This document shows, one piece after another, positions 49,725 to 59,115 of a stretch of DNA of 64,000 nucleotides. Each line of letters begins with the position of its first letter. Position 1 is the stretch's first letter. The DNA is taken from NCBI GenBank assembly GCA_963667175.2, contig CAXXXF010000003.1, positions 480,001 to 544,000 on the forward strand, in the 5' to 3' direction. The DNA is from Candidatus Latescibacterota bacterium. Its GTDB lineage: Bacteria > Latescibacterota > UBA2968 > GCA-2709665. The notes below the pieces were generated by a model. The model was given only the letters and a program-made list of their open reading frames with translations, was not told where the DNA came from and did no database searches. Both the position numbers and the translations under genes were made by a program.

Positions 49725-50606
49725 TCAACCACCGACCTCAATCACAAGTCTGCAATGGTCGCTCGTTCCCCACTCTGAGACACAACTGAGTGCGCGCGTG
49801 GAAATGCTCTCATGTAAACCCCGAGACGCGAAAACGTGATCCAGTTGCAGCTGTGCAGTGGTGGGCGACATTGAGTTGGACTTAAACGTCGGCACGTTCT
49901 TCGTGTCTTCTGGCAGATGTTCCGGCCGTGGGTCCGCCATTCGCCCGTTTGGGTACTGAGGACCCAGCCACTCAAACCCCATCACGCTAAATCTATCCCA
50001 GACTAGCTGTGCCCTTTTTCCGGTCCAACTGACTTTGTCATCTCGCCATCCTTAATCGAGATTGATATCGCCGGCTGCCAACACTCGGTGCGTGAACGGA
50101 TCCTCGCGGCCGACAAAAAGCGATAATAGATCGGAGATGATTCGATGCACCGACGTGTCTGGCATTCCCGTCCACCGTTTCCTTCCTGGTGGCGGATGCG
50201 ACCCCATCCAACGTCCGTACATCGAGACCACAGTGAACGGATCTATGTCTTTGTCTTTCGGTTTCACTTTCGCAGCGGCGATCGTGCCGATCCCGCTGAC
50301 AGGTATGGTGCCGTCGGGCGGGTCGGCAACCGTTGGAAACTGCGTCAACCACTCAACGTCGACTCGATCGGACAGCTTGACGACGCGGCACCACCGGTCA
50401 TAGAGATTCGACCAGTAGCGCCGGTGAGAACTCGAATATACCGCGTGCGAATCGTAGTGACCCCACGGACCGTACTCCACCGAATCCTTGAGATCCCACG
50501 GAGGGTCGACCGATTCTTGCAACAACGCGACATCCGCATCCATCTCCAACAGATCCCGCCACGGCTGCCTCCGTTTAGCAATGTTCCAACTCACGATCTT
50601 GATCAT
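49725..50606 (-). pseudogene. Endonuclease/exonuclease/phosphatase family protein with an in-frame TAA at 50052-50054
   Basis: IVSWNI, ALLQE, AGDIN before the stop; QLDHVF and SDH after it in the same frame. Confidence 0.85.
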
Positions 50607-50758
50607 CCTGCACTCCTTTAGCATCAATCCGCGTTTGACATCTCGGCCTAAATCGATATCCGAGCCGATTCCCAAACATCTGCATTGAATCCGAATGTTG
50701 CGGTCATCTCTCACTCCCTACTTGACGACTCAGTTTCTTGTCCGAGACGATCAAACAC

Positions 50759-51277
50759 CTACGTTGCAGTGCTATCACCAAATATTCTCCGCATCTCCAT
50801 CCCTTCGCGCCAATCGCTCACGATCCGATCATCATGCTCAAACGCCAACTTCGGCATCGCATCCAACTCGAAAATCCGCGCTTCCGCCGTCTCATCTCCA
50901 GCCACCAACTGACCTGAAACCACATCCGCGTGATACACGACCAGTACCACTGCCTGACCCTCTTCGCTGTAAACACCGACAAGCTGTTTTACGGTCACCA
51001 CCAGACCGCACTCTTCGAAAACCTCGCGCTCCAGCGCGCGCTCGAGCTTTTCGCCCCTATCCACGTACCCAGACGGGAAACTCCACTCGCCGATCTGCGG
51101 TTCTATCGCACGTTTCAGCAACACAATCCCATCGCCCATCGGGATGATCGCCGCCACCGCGACTTTCGGATCCGAGTAGATGATCCGATCACACTGCACG
51201 CACCGATGATGTCCACCGGCGACCGGTGTCAACGCGGGCAGTTCCGGATGATGGCCGGTCGTGTCGATCCCTTCCAT
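50759..51277 (-). CDS. NUDIX hydrolase
   Basis: CVQC, DPKVAVA, GYVDRGEKLERALEREVFEECG Nudix box, LAF. Confidence 0.92.
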   Translation of the reverse strand: MEGIDTTGHHPELPALTPVAGGHHRCVQCDRIIYSDPKVAVAAIIPMGDGIVLLKRAIEPQIGEWSFPSGYVDRGEKLERALEREVFEECGLVVTVKQLVGVYSEEGQAVVLVVYHADVVSGQLVAGDETAEARIFELDAMPKLAFEHDDRIVSDWREGMEMRRIFGDSTAT

Positions 51278-51326
51278 CGCGATCCACATATCTGGATTGC
51301 TGAATGTCAATTGCCGGCTGTGGTAT

Positions 51327-51716
51327 TCACTGTTCGACCACCAGTTTTCCGCTGAGGCTCAACCGGTAGATGCGACTTGGTTCGGCGTTGGTTTGTTCAG
51401 CGATTTCCGGCCAGGCCTTGATCAATTTCCAAGCGACATCCCAGTACGGCATACTATTCCACGCTCGGTTCAGGATCACCCAGGTCAGATTTGGTTGGCT
51501 GAGAATATCCGCCTCACTCCGCATCTTATCGCGAGTGAGAATCGACCAATTTTCGTTACTCTGCGCCAACCGACTGATCCACTGACGATCACTGTAACCT
51601 GACCACTTGCTGTCTCGCACGCTTACCACCTGACTCCCTGGATTGTCACGAGCGTGCAGGGCACTGATCGCGACTGCCAACCGATGCGGTAGATTCTCGT
51701 CCAATAGGTAGTTCAT
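51327..51716 (-). CDS. PIN-like toxin (VapC45/DUF5615 type)
   Basis: YLLDENL, SDRQWI, ILTRD. Confidence 0.8.
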   Translation of the reverse strand: MNYLLDENLPHRLAVAISALHARDNPGSQVVSVRDSKWSGYSDRQWISRLAQSNENWSILTRDKMRSEADILSQPNLTWVILNRAWNSMPYWDVAWKLIKAWPEIAEQTNAEPSRIYRLSLSGKLVVEQ

Positions 51717-52516
51717 GCCTCGACAAGGGCGAGTCGCCGTTCCTTTTCGCGCTCAAATTCAAGCGCAATATTCACGGCTTCGGTGGAAACATCGTAGGTT
51801 AATGCCGCCGCCTGCAAGTCTCGCCCCTCGGCAAAGAAAGAATCTCTCAAGGTTTCGGTTCGAACGCGGTGCTTTGTCAAAATCGGGGACCCGAAAGCGT
51901 ACGCCGGGTCAAGACAGATGTATCTAGGATCGAACCGCAACCCCCATTCGCCTATGGGGTACCATCGGATAGGTTCGTAACGATCGTAATCGATCGGTTC
52001 AAAAAGCGAAGGGTCGACCACCTCCTCGAACCCCCATCGTTTGCGATGTGAAACATTCTCGAAACCGATAGCAGTGTCGACGAACCCATCGTTGTCTTTG
52101 GAGACGATTCGCGGGTACGGGATGTCGTTGACGCTGATCGTAGCATCAGCCAAAATTCCTTTTCCGTCAATCTCGGACCATCCATCAGAATGATTCTCGA
52201 TCCCGATACGGGTTTCGGCAAAAACCTCTGCCCCTTCGGTCAGGAACCGTCGGTCTGAGAATGGGTAATTGGTGTCGAAGCGCGTCCGCGCACGGCGAGC
52301 GGTTTCGGCGAGCACCGACAACTGAACTCCGGATTGATGGAACGAGTGGATGTTGCGGATCTCGAGCAGGTCTCCGAAAGACAGCACGTAGAACCTGCCA
52401 GTGCGCAGATCGCCGTTGGACGCTCTGGTTCCGCTACCCAATATCCGCTTGATCACCGCATAAACGAATTGCTTTTTCGCGCCGACCATGGCGCAGACTT
52501 CACTCGTCCGGTACAT
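51713..52516 (-). CDS. VapB45/DUF433-type antitoxin
   Basis: N-terminal HTH (MYRTSEV, LSFGDLLE), YPF, C-terminal DPAYAFGSPI..RVRTE. ATGA overlap with the toxin. Confidence 0.8.
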   Translation of the reverse strand: MYRTSEVCAMVGAKKQFVYAVIKRILGSGTRASNGDLRTGRFYVLSFGDLLEIRNIHSFHQSGVQLSVLAETARRARTRFDTNYPFSDRRFLTEGAEVFAETRIGIENHSDGWSEIDGKGILADATISVNDIPYPRIVSKDNDGFVDTAIGFENVSHRKRWGFEEVVDPSLFEPIDYDRYEPIRWYPIGEWGLRFDPRYICLDPAYAFGSPILTKHRVRTETLRDSFFAEGRDLQAAALTYDVSTEAVNIALEFEREKERRLALVEA

Positions 52517-52862
52517 ACCACTTTGTATACGCTCAATCGACAGGTCTCACCCTCCGACTTCTTTTTTGAGACGATCTGATCCACGTCGTAAACGATATCA
52601 GACATCGTTACCCGACAGCTTGCCAGATAGCCAAAGCAGTGTTTTGGTGTTCAAACTGTGAAACCTCGGGGTTGGAACGAACGTCATGTCTCCAGCTGGC
52701 CGTTTGATTATCGCTAGACAGAATCCCGTTTCCTCGATGCACTAACAAATGCCAAACTACCATCACGGCGCGAACGACGCATGAGGGACGATGCACACAC
52801 GCGCTTAGACTCGTTTCGCTTCTCGCAACCAGTTTGGCGGATCTGACTGGCCCGAGCGCGAT

Positions 52863-54176
52863 TCAAACCATCTCCGCGAAGACTGGCTTGAGTTTTGCAC
52901 GTGCGGCGGTTTCTTTCTCGCCGTCCTGCGACTCGAATATGGGCATCTCTTCGTCCAAGTCTGCGTTCAGGTTATACAACTCGCCAGTTTCGTACAGCTT
53001 CCAGTCGTGATCGCGAACCATTCGGATGCGTCCTAGATCGGTACGATTCGCGGTCATCGGGTCGTAATGGAAGAAGATCCACTCTTTCGGGTCGCCTTTT
53101 TCGCCCTTGAGCTGCGCGTAGAACGATCGACCGTCGATCACATAGCTTTCCGGAGGTTCTGCGCCCGCGGCGTCCAACATCGTCGGGAGAAAGTCGGTTA
53201 CGTCGATCAAGTCGGAGTTCACCACGCCGGCGGGCACAGTCCCCGGCATCTGAGCGATCAAAGGCACGTGCGTGCCGTGGTCGTTCGTCGTGCTTTTGCC
53301 GCCGCAAATCTCGTTGTGGCGGTGGACGATTGAGCAGACCTCTTGAGGTGAGCCGTTGTCGCCCGTGTAGATGACGAGCGTCTCTTCGCTCAATCCCTGT
53401 TCCGCCAGATAGTCCAGAAGCCTCCCGATCACTTTGTCGTGGTACTCCACCATGTCTTTGTAATAACGAGGATGCGCATCATCGCCGTCGTCTCGGAGTT
53501 CACCCCAAGTCCGCCCGCCGAAATTCTTGTTCGACTGCGGTTCGAATCCCTCCCATTCAGGGCTGTCCGGTGTCGGCTCGAACGGTCCGTGCGTCAACGC
53601 CATTGGCCAATAGACGAAAAACGGGTTGTCGTCGTCCTTTTTGCGCTCGATGAAATCGATGATGTAGTCGCAGAATAGATCGTCGCCGTACTCGTCTTTC
53701 GTGTCATCCCGATATGAGCCGTTCTCGTAGATGACGGGATCCTTGTACCGCGATCCTTTGTGTTCGGTGTGATGAGCGTGCCAGACACAAAACTCATCGA
53801 AACCGGCATCCTCAATCTTCTGACCCTTGTTCCGCATCTCCGGCATCACATCGGGCGGATTGTAGGAATACAGCTGCCACTTACCGGAAATGCAGGTGTT
53901 GTACCCAGCCTCGGTGAAGAGGTGCCCGAATCCCACTTCATCGGGTGGAAGCAATCCGAATCCGATGTAGTTGCGGAAGTTGTGCTTGCCCGTCATCAGC
54001 GCTACCCGTGACGGTGTGCACAACGGCAGCACGTGTCCTTGGTCGAACCGCATGCCGTTCGCCGCCATCTCATCCAGGCGCGGCGTCGCATACGAGGTTC
54101 CGCCATTGACTCCGATGCACTCGTACCCGAGGTCATCGGACATGATCATGATGATGTTCGGACGTTTCGAGGGCAT
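52863..54176 (-). CDS. Formylglycine-dependent sulfatase
   Basis: RPNII..DDLG, CTPSR..LMTG, GKW, GDNG. Confidence 0.93.
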   Translation of the reverse strand: MPSKRPNIIMIMSDDLGYECIGVNGGTSYATPRLDEMAANGMRFDQGHVLPLCTPSRVALMTGKHNFRNYIGFGLLPPDEVGFGHLFTEAGYNTCISGKWQLYSYNPPDVMPEMRNKGQKIEDAGFDEFCVWHAHHTEHKGSRYKDPVIYENGSYRDDTKDEYGDDLFCDYIIDFIERKKDDDNPFFVYWPMALTHGPFEPTPDSPEWEGFEPQSNKNFGGRTWGELRDDGDDAHPRYYKDMVEYHDKVIGRLLDYLAEQGLSEETLVIYTGDNGSPQEVCSIVHRHNEICGGKSTTNDHGTHVPLIAQMPGTVPAGVVNSDLIDVTDFLPTMLDAAGAEPPESYVIDGRSFYAQLKGEKGDPKEWIFFHYDPMTANRTDLGRIRMVRDHDWKLYETGELYNLNADLDEEMPIFESQDGEKETAARAKLKPVFAEMV

Positions 54177-54192
54177 GTTGTTCGTTCCTGCT

Positions 54193-55503
54193 TCAGACCA
54201 TCTCCGCGAAGATGGGGTTGAGTTTCGCGCGCGCTGCTGCTTCATTCTCGCCGTCTTGGGATTCGTAGATCGGTATCTCCTCGTCCAAGTCGGCGTTTAG
54301 GTCGTAGAGCTCGCCAGTTTCGTACAGCTTCCAGTTGCGGTCCCGGACGAATCTGATACACCGCGCCGTGTTGCGTGCGCTCATCGGCTCAAAGTGGAAG
54401 AAGATCCAATCTTTCGGGTCGCCCTGTTCGCCCTGTAGCTGCGGGTAGAACGATTCGCCGTCGATGAAATATCCATCCGGGGCATCAACGCCGGCCGCGT
54501 CTAGCATCGTCGGCAAGAAGTCCGTCACATCGATCAGATCGTCGTTCACTGCCCCGGCGGGAATGGTGCCCGGCATCTGCGCGATCAAAGGCACGTGAGT
54601 CCCGCGGTCGTTGGTCTTGCCCTTGCCGCCGCAGATCTCGTTGTGCTGGTGTTGCATCGAACACACATCGTGCGGCGAACCGTTGTCGCCGGTATAGATC
54701 ACTAGGGTGTCCTCGCTCAACCCTTGCGCCTCAAGGTGATCCAACAGCCGACCGATTACCTTGTCGTGATACTCGACCATGTCCTTGTAGAAGCGCGGAT
54801 CGTCCGCGAAAGCGCCATCCTCTAGTTCCGCCCAAGTTCGGCCGCCGCGCGTCCGGTTTGTGGGCGGATCGAAATCGGCGAACTCCGGGCTGTCTGGCGA
54901 TGGCTCGTGCGGCTTGTGCGTCAACGCCATCGGCCAATATACGAAGAACGGGTTGTCGTCGTCCTTTTTGCGGTCGATGAAGTCGATGATGTAGTTGCAG
55001 AACTCGTCATCGCCGTACTTGCCGTCGGTGTCGTCGCGATACTTCCCGTTCTGGTAGATGATCGGATCCTTGTAACGGGAACCCTTCTCCTCGGTCTGGT
55101 GCGCGTGCCAGACGCAGAATTCATCGAAACCCGCGTCCTCGATCTGCTGCCCTTTATTCCGCATCTCCGGCATCTCGTCTGGCGGGTTGTAGGAATAAAG
55201 CTGCCACTTGCCAGAGATGCAGGTGTTGTAACCGGCGTCTGAGAAGATGTGCCCGAACGTCACCTCATCGGGCGCGATCAGACCGAATCCGATGTAGTTG
55301 CGGAAATTGTGCTTGCCCGTCATCAACGCGACCCGCGTCGGTGTGCAAAGCGGCAACACATGCCCCTCGTCGAAGCGCATCCCATTCGCTGCCATCTCGT
55401 CGAGGCGAGGCGTCGCGTAGGATGTACCACCGTTGACGCCGATGCATTCGTAGCCGAGATCATCGGACATGATCATGATGATGTTTGGTCGTTTTTCTGA
55501 CAT
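54193..55503 (-). CDS. Formylglycine-dependent sulfatase (tandem paralog)
   Basis: RPNII..DDLG, CTPTR..LMTG, GKW, GDNG. Confidence 0.93.
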   Translation of the reverse strand: MSEKRPNIIMIMSDDLGYECIGVNGGTSYATPRLDEMAANGMRFDEGHVLPLCTPTRVALMTGKHNFRNYIGFGLIAPDEVTFGHIFSDAGYNTCISGKWQLYSYNPPDEMPEMRNKGQQIEDAGFDEFCVWHAHQTEEKGSRYKDPIIYQNGKYRDDTDGKYGDDEFCNYIIDFIDRKKDDDNPFFVYWPMALTHKPHEPSPDSPEFADFDPPTNRTRGGRTWAELEDGAFADDPRFYKDMVEYHDKVIGRLLDHLEAQGLSEDTLVIYTGDNGSPHDVCSMQHQHNEICGGKGKTNDRGTHVPLIAQMPGTIPAGAVNDDLIDVTDFLPTMLDAAGVDAPDGYFIDGESFYPQLQGEQGDPKDWIFFHFEPMSARNTARCIRFVRDRNWKLYETGELYDLNADLDEEIPIYESQDGENEAAARAKLNPIFAEMV

Positions 55504-55619
55504 AGCGTTTCTCCCCTGTCAAACAATAACACTACCGACGCCAAAGGCGCGATTTGCTCGGCGTGTCTCTATACAATCGCAAACAATGTCCAGACATATC
55601 TCGGCGAAGCAGGAAAACC

Positions 55620-56474
55620 ATGACTAACCGAACTCCAGTAATCGATGTCCAAGTCCACGCCTACGAGCGCGATCGACCCGAACGCCCTTGGCACGACGTC
55701 CTCGCCGGTCCCGAAGAGGTGACCGGTGATGACATGGTAGCGGCGATGGCAGACGTCGGAGTCGACGGCGCGCTCCTCGTTTCGCCGTTCTCGATGTACC
55801 AGTACGACGCGAGCTACGCGCTGGAGGTCTACGAAAAGCATCCCGGCAGTTTTGGTCTGATCCGACCGTTCGATCCCGATTCCGACACGATCGAGGCAGA
55901 GATGGAGGATTGGACGAGCCGGCCCGGTGTCGTCGGCGCGCGCATCATGCTCGCTCGAATCGAGATCGAGGCGAATCACCCCGGCGTCAATCGTATCCTC
56001 ACCGCCGGCGCCAAGGCAGACGTACCGATCAACGTCATGTGCTCCGGGAAGTTGGGCATCTTTCGCGAGATGGCGCGCAACCATCCGAACACCCAACTGG
56101 TCATCGACCATCTTGGACTTGCCCAGCCGTACGAACCACCGGCGCCCGACGATGCATGGTCCGACCTGCCCGAAGTTCTAGCGTTGGCTGAATTCGACAA
56201 CGTCGCGATCAAGATTTCCGGTGCATGCACCCTTTCGAAGGAACCGTTCCCCTATCCCGACATCTGGGAACCGCTAGGGCAACTCTTCCGCGTCTACGGT
56301 TTCGACCGATGCATGTGGGGAACCGACTGGACGCGAGCCGTCAACCTGCTCACCTACCAACAAGGCGTAGAAGCCTTCCGTGTGACCGACGAACTCAGCG
56401 ACGCCGAACGTGCGACTTTGATGGGCGGCTCCCTCCAAAACATCTACAAATGGTCACCGGCTACCGCGAGTTAA
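55620..56474 (+). CDS. Amidohydrolase family protein (Amidohydro_2)
   Basis: IDVQVH, IDHLG, KISG, MWGTDW. Confidence 0.88.
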   Translation: MTNRTPVIDVQVHAYERDRPERPWHDVLAGPEEVTGDDMVAAMADVGVDGALLVSPFSMYQYDASYALEVYEKHPGSFGLIRPFDPDSDTIEAEMEDWTSRPGVVGARIMLARIEIEANHPGVNRILTAGAKADVPINVMCSGKLGIFREMARNHPNTQLVIDHLGLAQPYEPPAPDDAWSDLPEVLALAEFDNVAIKISGACTLSKEPFPYPDIWEPLGQLFRVYGFDRCMWGTDWTRAVNLLTYQQGVEAFRVTDELSDAERATLMGGSLQNIYKWSPATAS

Positions 56475-56517
56475 CTACGCTTCCGAGCGGTCATTCTCCG
56501 TTTAGACGGGTCTAGAG

Positions 56518-57297
56518 ATGCCGAAAACCGCGTTGATAATCCGCCACGACGAATTTGAGACGCTCGGTGGCAACTTCACGACGGTATTGGAAGAGCGCGG
56601 ATTCGAGATGAGGGAATTGAACGTTTTCGAATCCGCTCCTACATTCGACGAATTTCGACCTCCGCCGACGAGTGACCTAGACCTCATCATCGCTCTCGGC
56701 GGCGCGCTGTCTGCCAACGACGACTACCCAGCGATCCATGCCGAACGCGACTTTTTCGCTGACGCGATGGCGTCCGAGATACCGGTTTTCGGCGTGTGTC
56801 TCGGCGCGCAGATCATGTCTCGAGCGCTTGGTGGCAAAGTTCAGCCGACTGGGGGCTACGAATTTGGGCTAAGGAAAATCTGGATCACGGAGCAAGGTGC
56901 AGCAGATCCGGTTTTCGGCAAAATCCGCGTTCCATTGGTGCCGATGCTTCACGGCGAGTGCTTCATTGTGCCGAGCGGTGCCGTTGAACTCGCATTCGGC
57001 TACATGTTGTGTCGCGACGGCACATTCAGGCGACAGAGCCTCGCGTTCCGATACCGCGACTCGTATGCGTTCCAGTTCGAACCGCAACTCACGCTCGAGG
57101 AGTTGCGAGTTTGGAATCGTGAGCTAGCCGGCGATTACGAACTGATGGGCCCGCAGTTCGACGCGGAATCTGAAGCCGCGACGCATCTTCGCGAGTTCAC
57201 CAACTACGCGCCGATCTATGAGGCTCAATCGCGAGAGATGCTGATCGCATTTCTCGAGAATGCGGGGCTAGTTCAAGACGGGCGCGCTGGCGAGTAG
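56518..57297 (+). CDS. Type 1 glutamine amidotransferase-like protein
   Basis: LGGALS, GVCLGAQ nucleophile elbow. QFEPQ in place of QFHPE. Confidence 0.85.
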   Translation: MPKTALIIRHDEFETLGGNFTTVLEERGFEMRELNVFESAPTFDEFRPPPTSDLDLIIALGGALSANDDYPAIHAERDFFADAMASEIPVFGVCLGAQIMSRALGGKVQPTGGYEFGLRKIWITEQGAADPVFGKIRVPLVPMLHGECFIVPSGAVELAFGYMLCRDGTFRRQSLAFRYRDSYAFQFEPQLTLEELRVWNRELAGDYELMGPQFDAESEAATHLREFTNYAPIYEAQSREMLIAFLENAGLVQDGRAGE

Positions 57298-57596
57298 TCT
57301 ACGCCTCGCTTGACGATTTCGTCCATCGTCGAGGGTTCGATGAGGACGGTGGTCTTGACGGCGGCGGTGCCCGCGGCGGAAATTCGCAAGGATACTGCCC
57401 CAGCTGCCACCTCGTCCGGGAGTTCGGCGATGATGTATGCATCGTCACCTCCGAACGCGTAGTAGAAGGACTCCAACTCGCCGCCAACACTAGACAACAG
57501 CTCTCTGACCGCTTGTTCGCGATGCGATCCGCCTACCTGCAACAGGCCGTTCACGCCTTCGTTGGTGTAGGACACGTCAAACTTGTACTTCGGCAT
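57273..57596 (-). CDS. GYD domain protein
   Basis: SYTNEG, GGELESFYYAFGGDD..IAELPD. Confidence 0.85.
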   Translation of the reverse strand: MPKYKFDVSYTNEGVNGLLQVGGSHREQAVRELLSSVGGELESFYYAFGGDDAYIIAELPDEVAAGAVSLRISAAGTAAVKTTVLIEPSTMDEIVKRGVDYSPARPS

Positions 57597-57737
57597 TGTC
57601 TCTCCCTTCGCAACACCAGTCATGACAACCAGCATCAGCATTTATCTGGATACGAAATACCATTCTAAATCCGGGACGTTCCAGCAATTGCTCGCATGGA
57701 GCGGAAGGTTAGGCTTAAGTATGCCTCGCGGCGGCGA

Positions 57738-58712
57738 CTACTCGTACCATCCCGATCCGAATATCAGCCCGTCATGAAGCACGACCCACGTATGCTTTTG
57801 CTCGAACTCCCCCGTCTCTGGATTGATCCGTACGTAGTTCACCCAGGTGCCACTATCGGTGGCCGCCATCAGGTCGGGCCCGTACAGCCTTCCCTCAGGG
57901 TCAGTCAGGGTGCTGACATCGAGCCCTAGACGTTGAGGGTCGTAGTGAGCCGCCATGCGACCGTCATGGCCGACGATGAATATATACCACTGCCCATCTG
58001 CACTTACCTTGGAGTTGTAATAGGCGAGCGTGTCCTCACGCCCGATGGCATCGTATAGGTCAATGGCTCTGGCTACAAAATTCTTCGTATATCCCGGGGC
58101 ATCCGACTTCTGGATTCCGCGCTCATACCAACCCGAGCCGAAGGTCAGACCATCGTATTCAACCGACCAAGAATGTTTCGCTTCGACTATCCCGGATACT
58201 GGATTAGGAAACTCGAAACTGAACCAGGCTCCATCCTCATCGGCAACCGACACGATAGCCTCTCCAGCGGGGTAGTTATTTTGGGCTACAGCCTCCGATG
58301 CTGGGCGTCCAACGAGGGCCGGAATGACAGCGTGCGCCAGCATTATATCGTTCTGATCCAGAATGAAAACGTACCACTGACCATCAACACTCTCCTTGCT
58401 GTTGTAGTAGTCGATAGCGGCATCGAGACCTTCTGAGTCATATCTGCGGATCGCCTCCTTCACGAAGTACTGGGTGTACTCGTCGGGTTCCCACTTGGGT
58501 GGAACGGGCTCCAACTCTTCCTGCATACCCGCGATTAAAGCCTCGATCATCGCATCATCGATAGCCATAGACTCTCCGGCGGGACCTGGTGGACCAGCAG
58601 GTCCGGTCGGGCCAGCCGGACCCTGCGGACCGGGCGGACCAGTCTCACCTTGGCAAGCGGCCATCGACATAATCAAAACGGCGGCAAGAATAGCCACTAT
58701 CGATGTGAGCAT
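57738..58712 (-). CDS. Lipoprotein with collagen-like stalk and two Cache-like sensor domains
   Basis: Lipobox MAAC, (GPx)n repeat, two repeats of AI..Y...DGQWYxFI....AH...K(H)xW...DGLxFGSGWYE. Confidence 0.8.
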   Translation of the reverse strand: MLTSIVAILAAVLIMSMAACQGETGPPGPQGPAGPTGPAGPPGPAGESMAIDDAMIEALIAGMQEELEPVPPKWEPDEYTQYFVKEAIRRYDSEGLDAAIDYYNSKESVDGQWYVFILDQNDIMLAHAVIPALVGRPASEAVAQNNYPAGEAIVSVADEDGAWFSFEFPNPVSGIVEAKHSWSVEYDGLTFGSGWYERGIQKSDAPGYTKNFVARAIDLYDAIGREDTLAYYNSKVSADGQWYIFIVGHDGRMAAHYDPQRLGLDVSTLTDPEGRLYGPDLMAATDSGTWVNYVRINPETGEFEQKHTWVVLHDGLIFGSGWYE

Positions 58713-58896
58713 CTTCAATCTTCCATTCGGGTTTATCAGTTGTAATTTTGGCCGCGCTTCGCGTCGAAACATAACTGATAGATTCTATGCTTCGCGCTTA
58801 TTTCAGACGGAGTGTGCATTCGAGACTCCGGCAAAGCCACAGTCATTAACGCGCAGGCAACACGAGCGAACGTCCGCAGGAGAAGGAGGAAAAAGA

Positions 58897-58973
58897 TGGT
58901 GGGCCCGGACGGATTCGAACCATCGACCTCTACTTTATCAGAGTAGCGCTCTAACCGACTGAGCTACGGGCCC
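58897..58973 (-). tRNA. tRNA-Ile(GAT)
   Basis: Full cloverleaf GGGCCCG-TAGCTCAGTCGGTTAGAGC..CTACT-CTGATAA-AGTAG..TTCGAAT..CGGGCCC-ACCA. Confidence 0.97.
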
Positions 58974-59115
58974 ACGTGCCACCTGACGTGCATCAGGCAA
59001 CATACCGACAATTCTAACTGATGGAAAACCGTGGCTTCCTTGTCGAACCATCACTGGGGCATCTGCCTCACGTCGGAGCGGGATGACCCAATCGATCGCG
59101 TGGTACCCTAACCCA

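Noticed and set aside
58800-58973. Integrative element at tRNA-Ile
   Set aside because: No integrase and no duplicated tRNA 3' end seen in the window.
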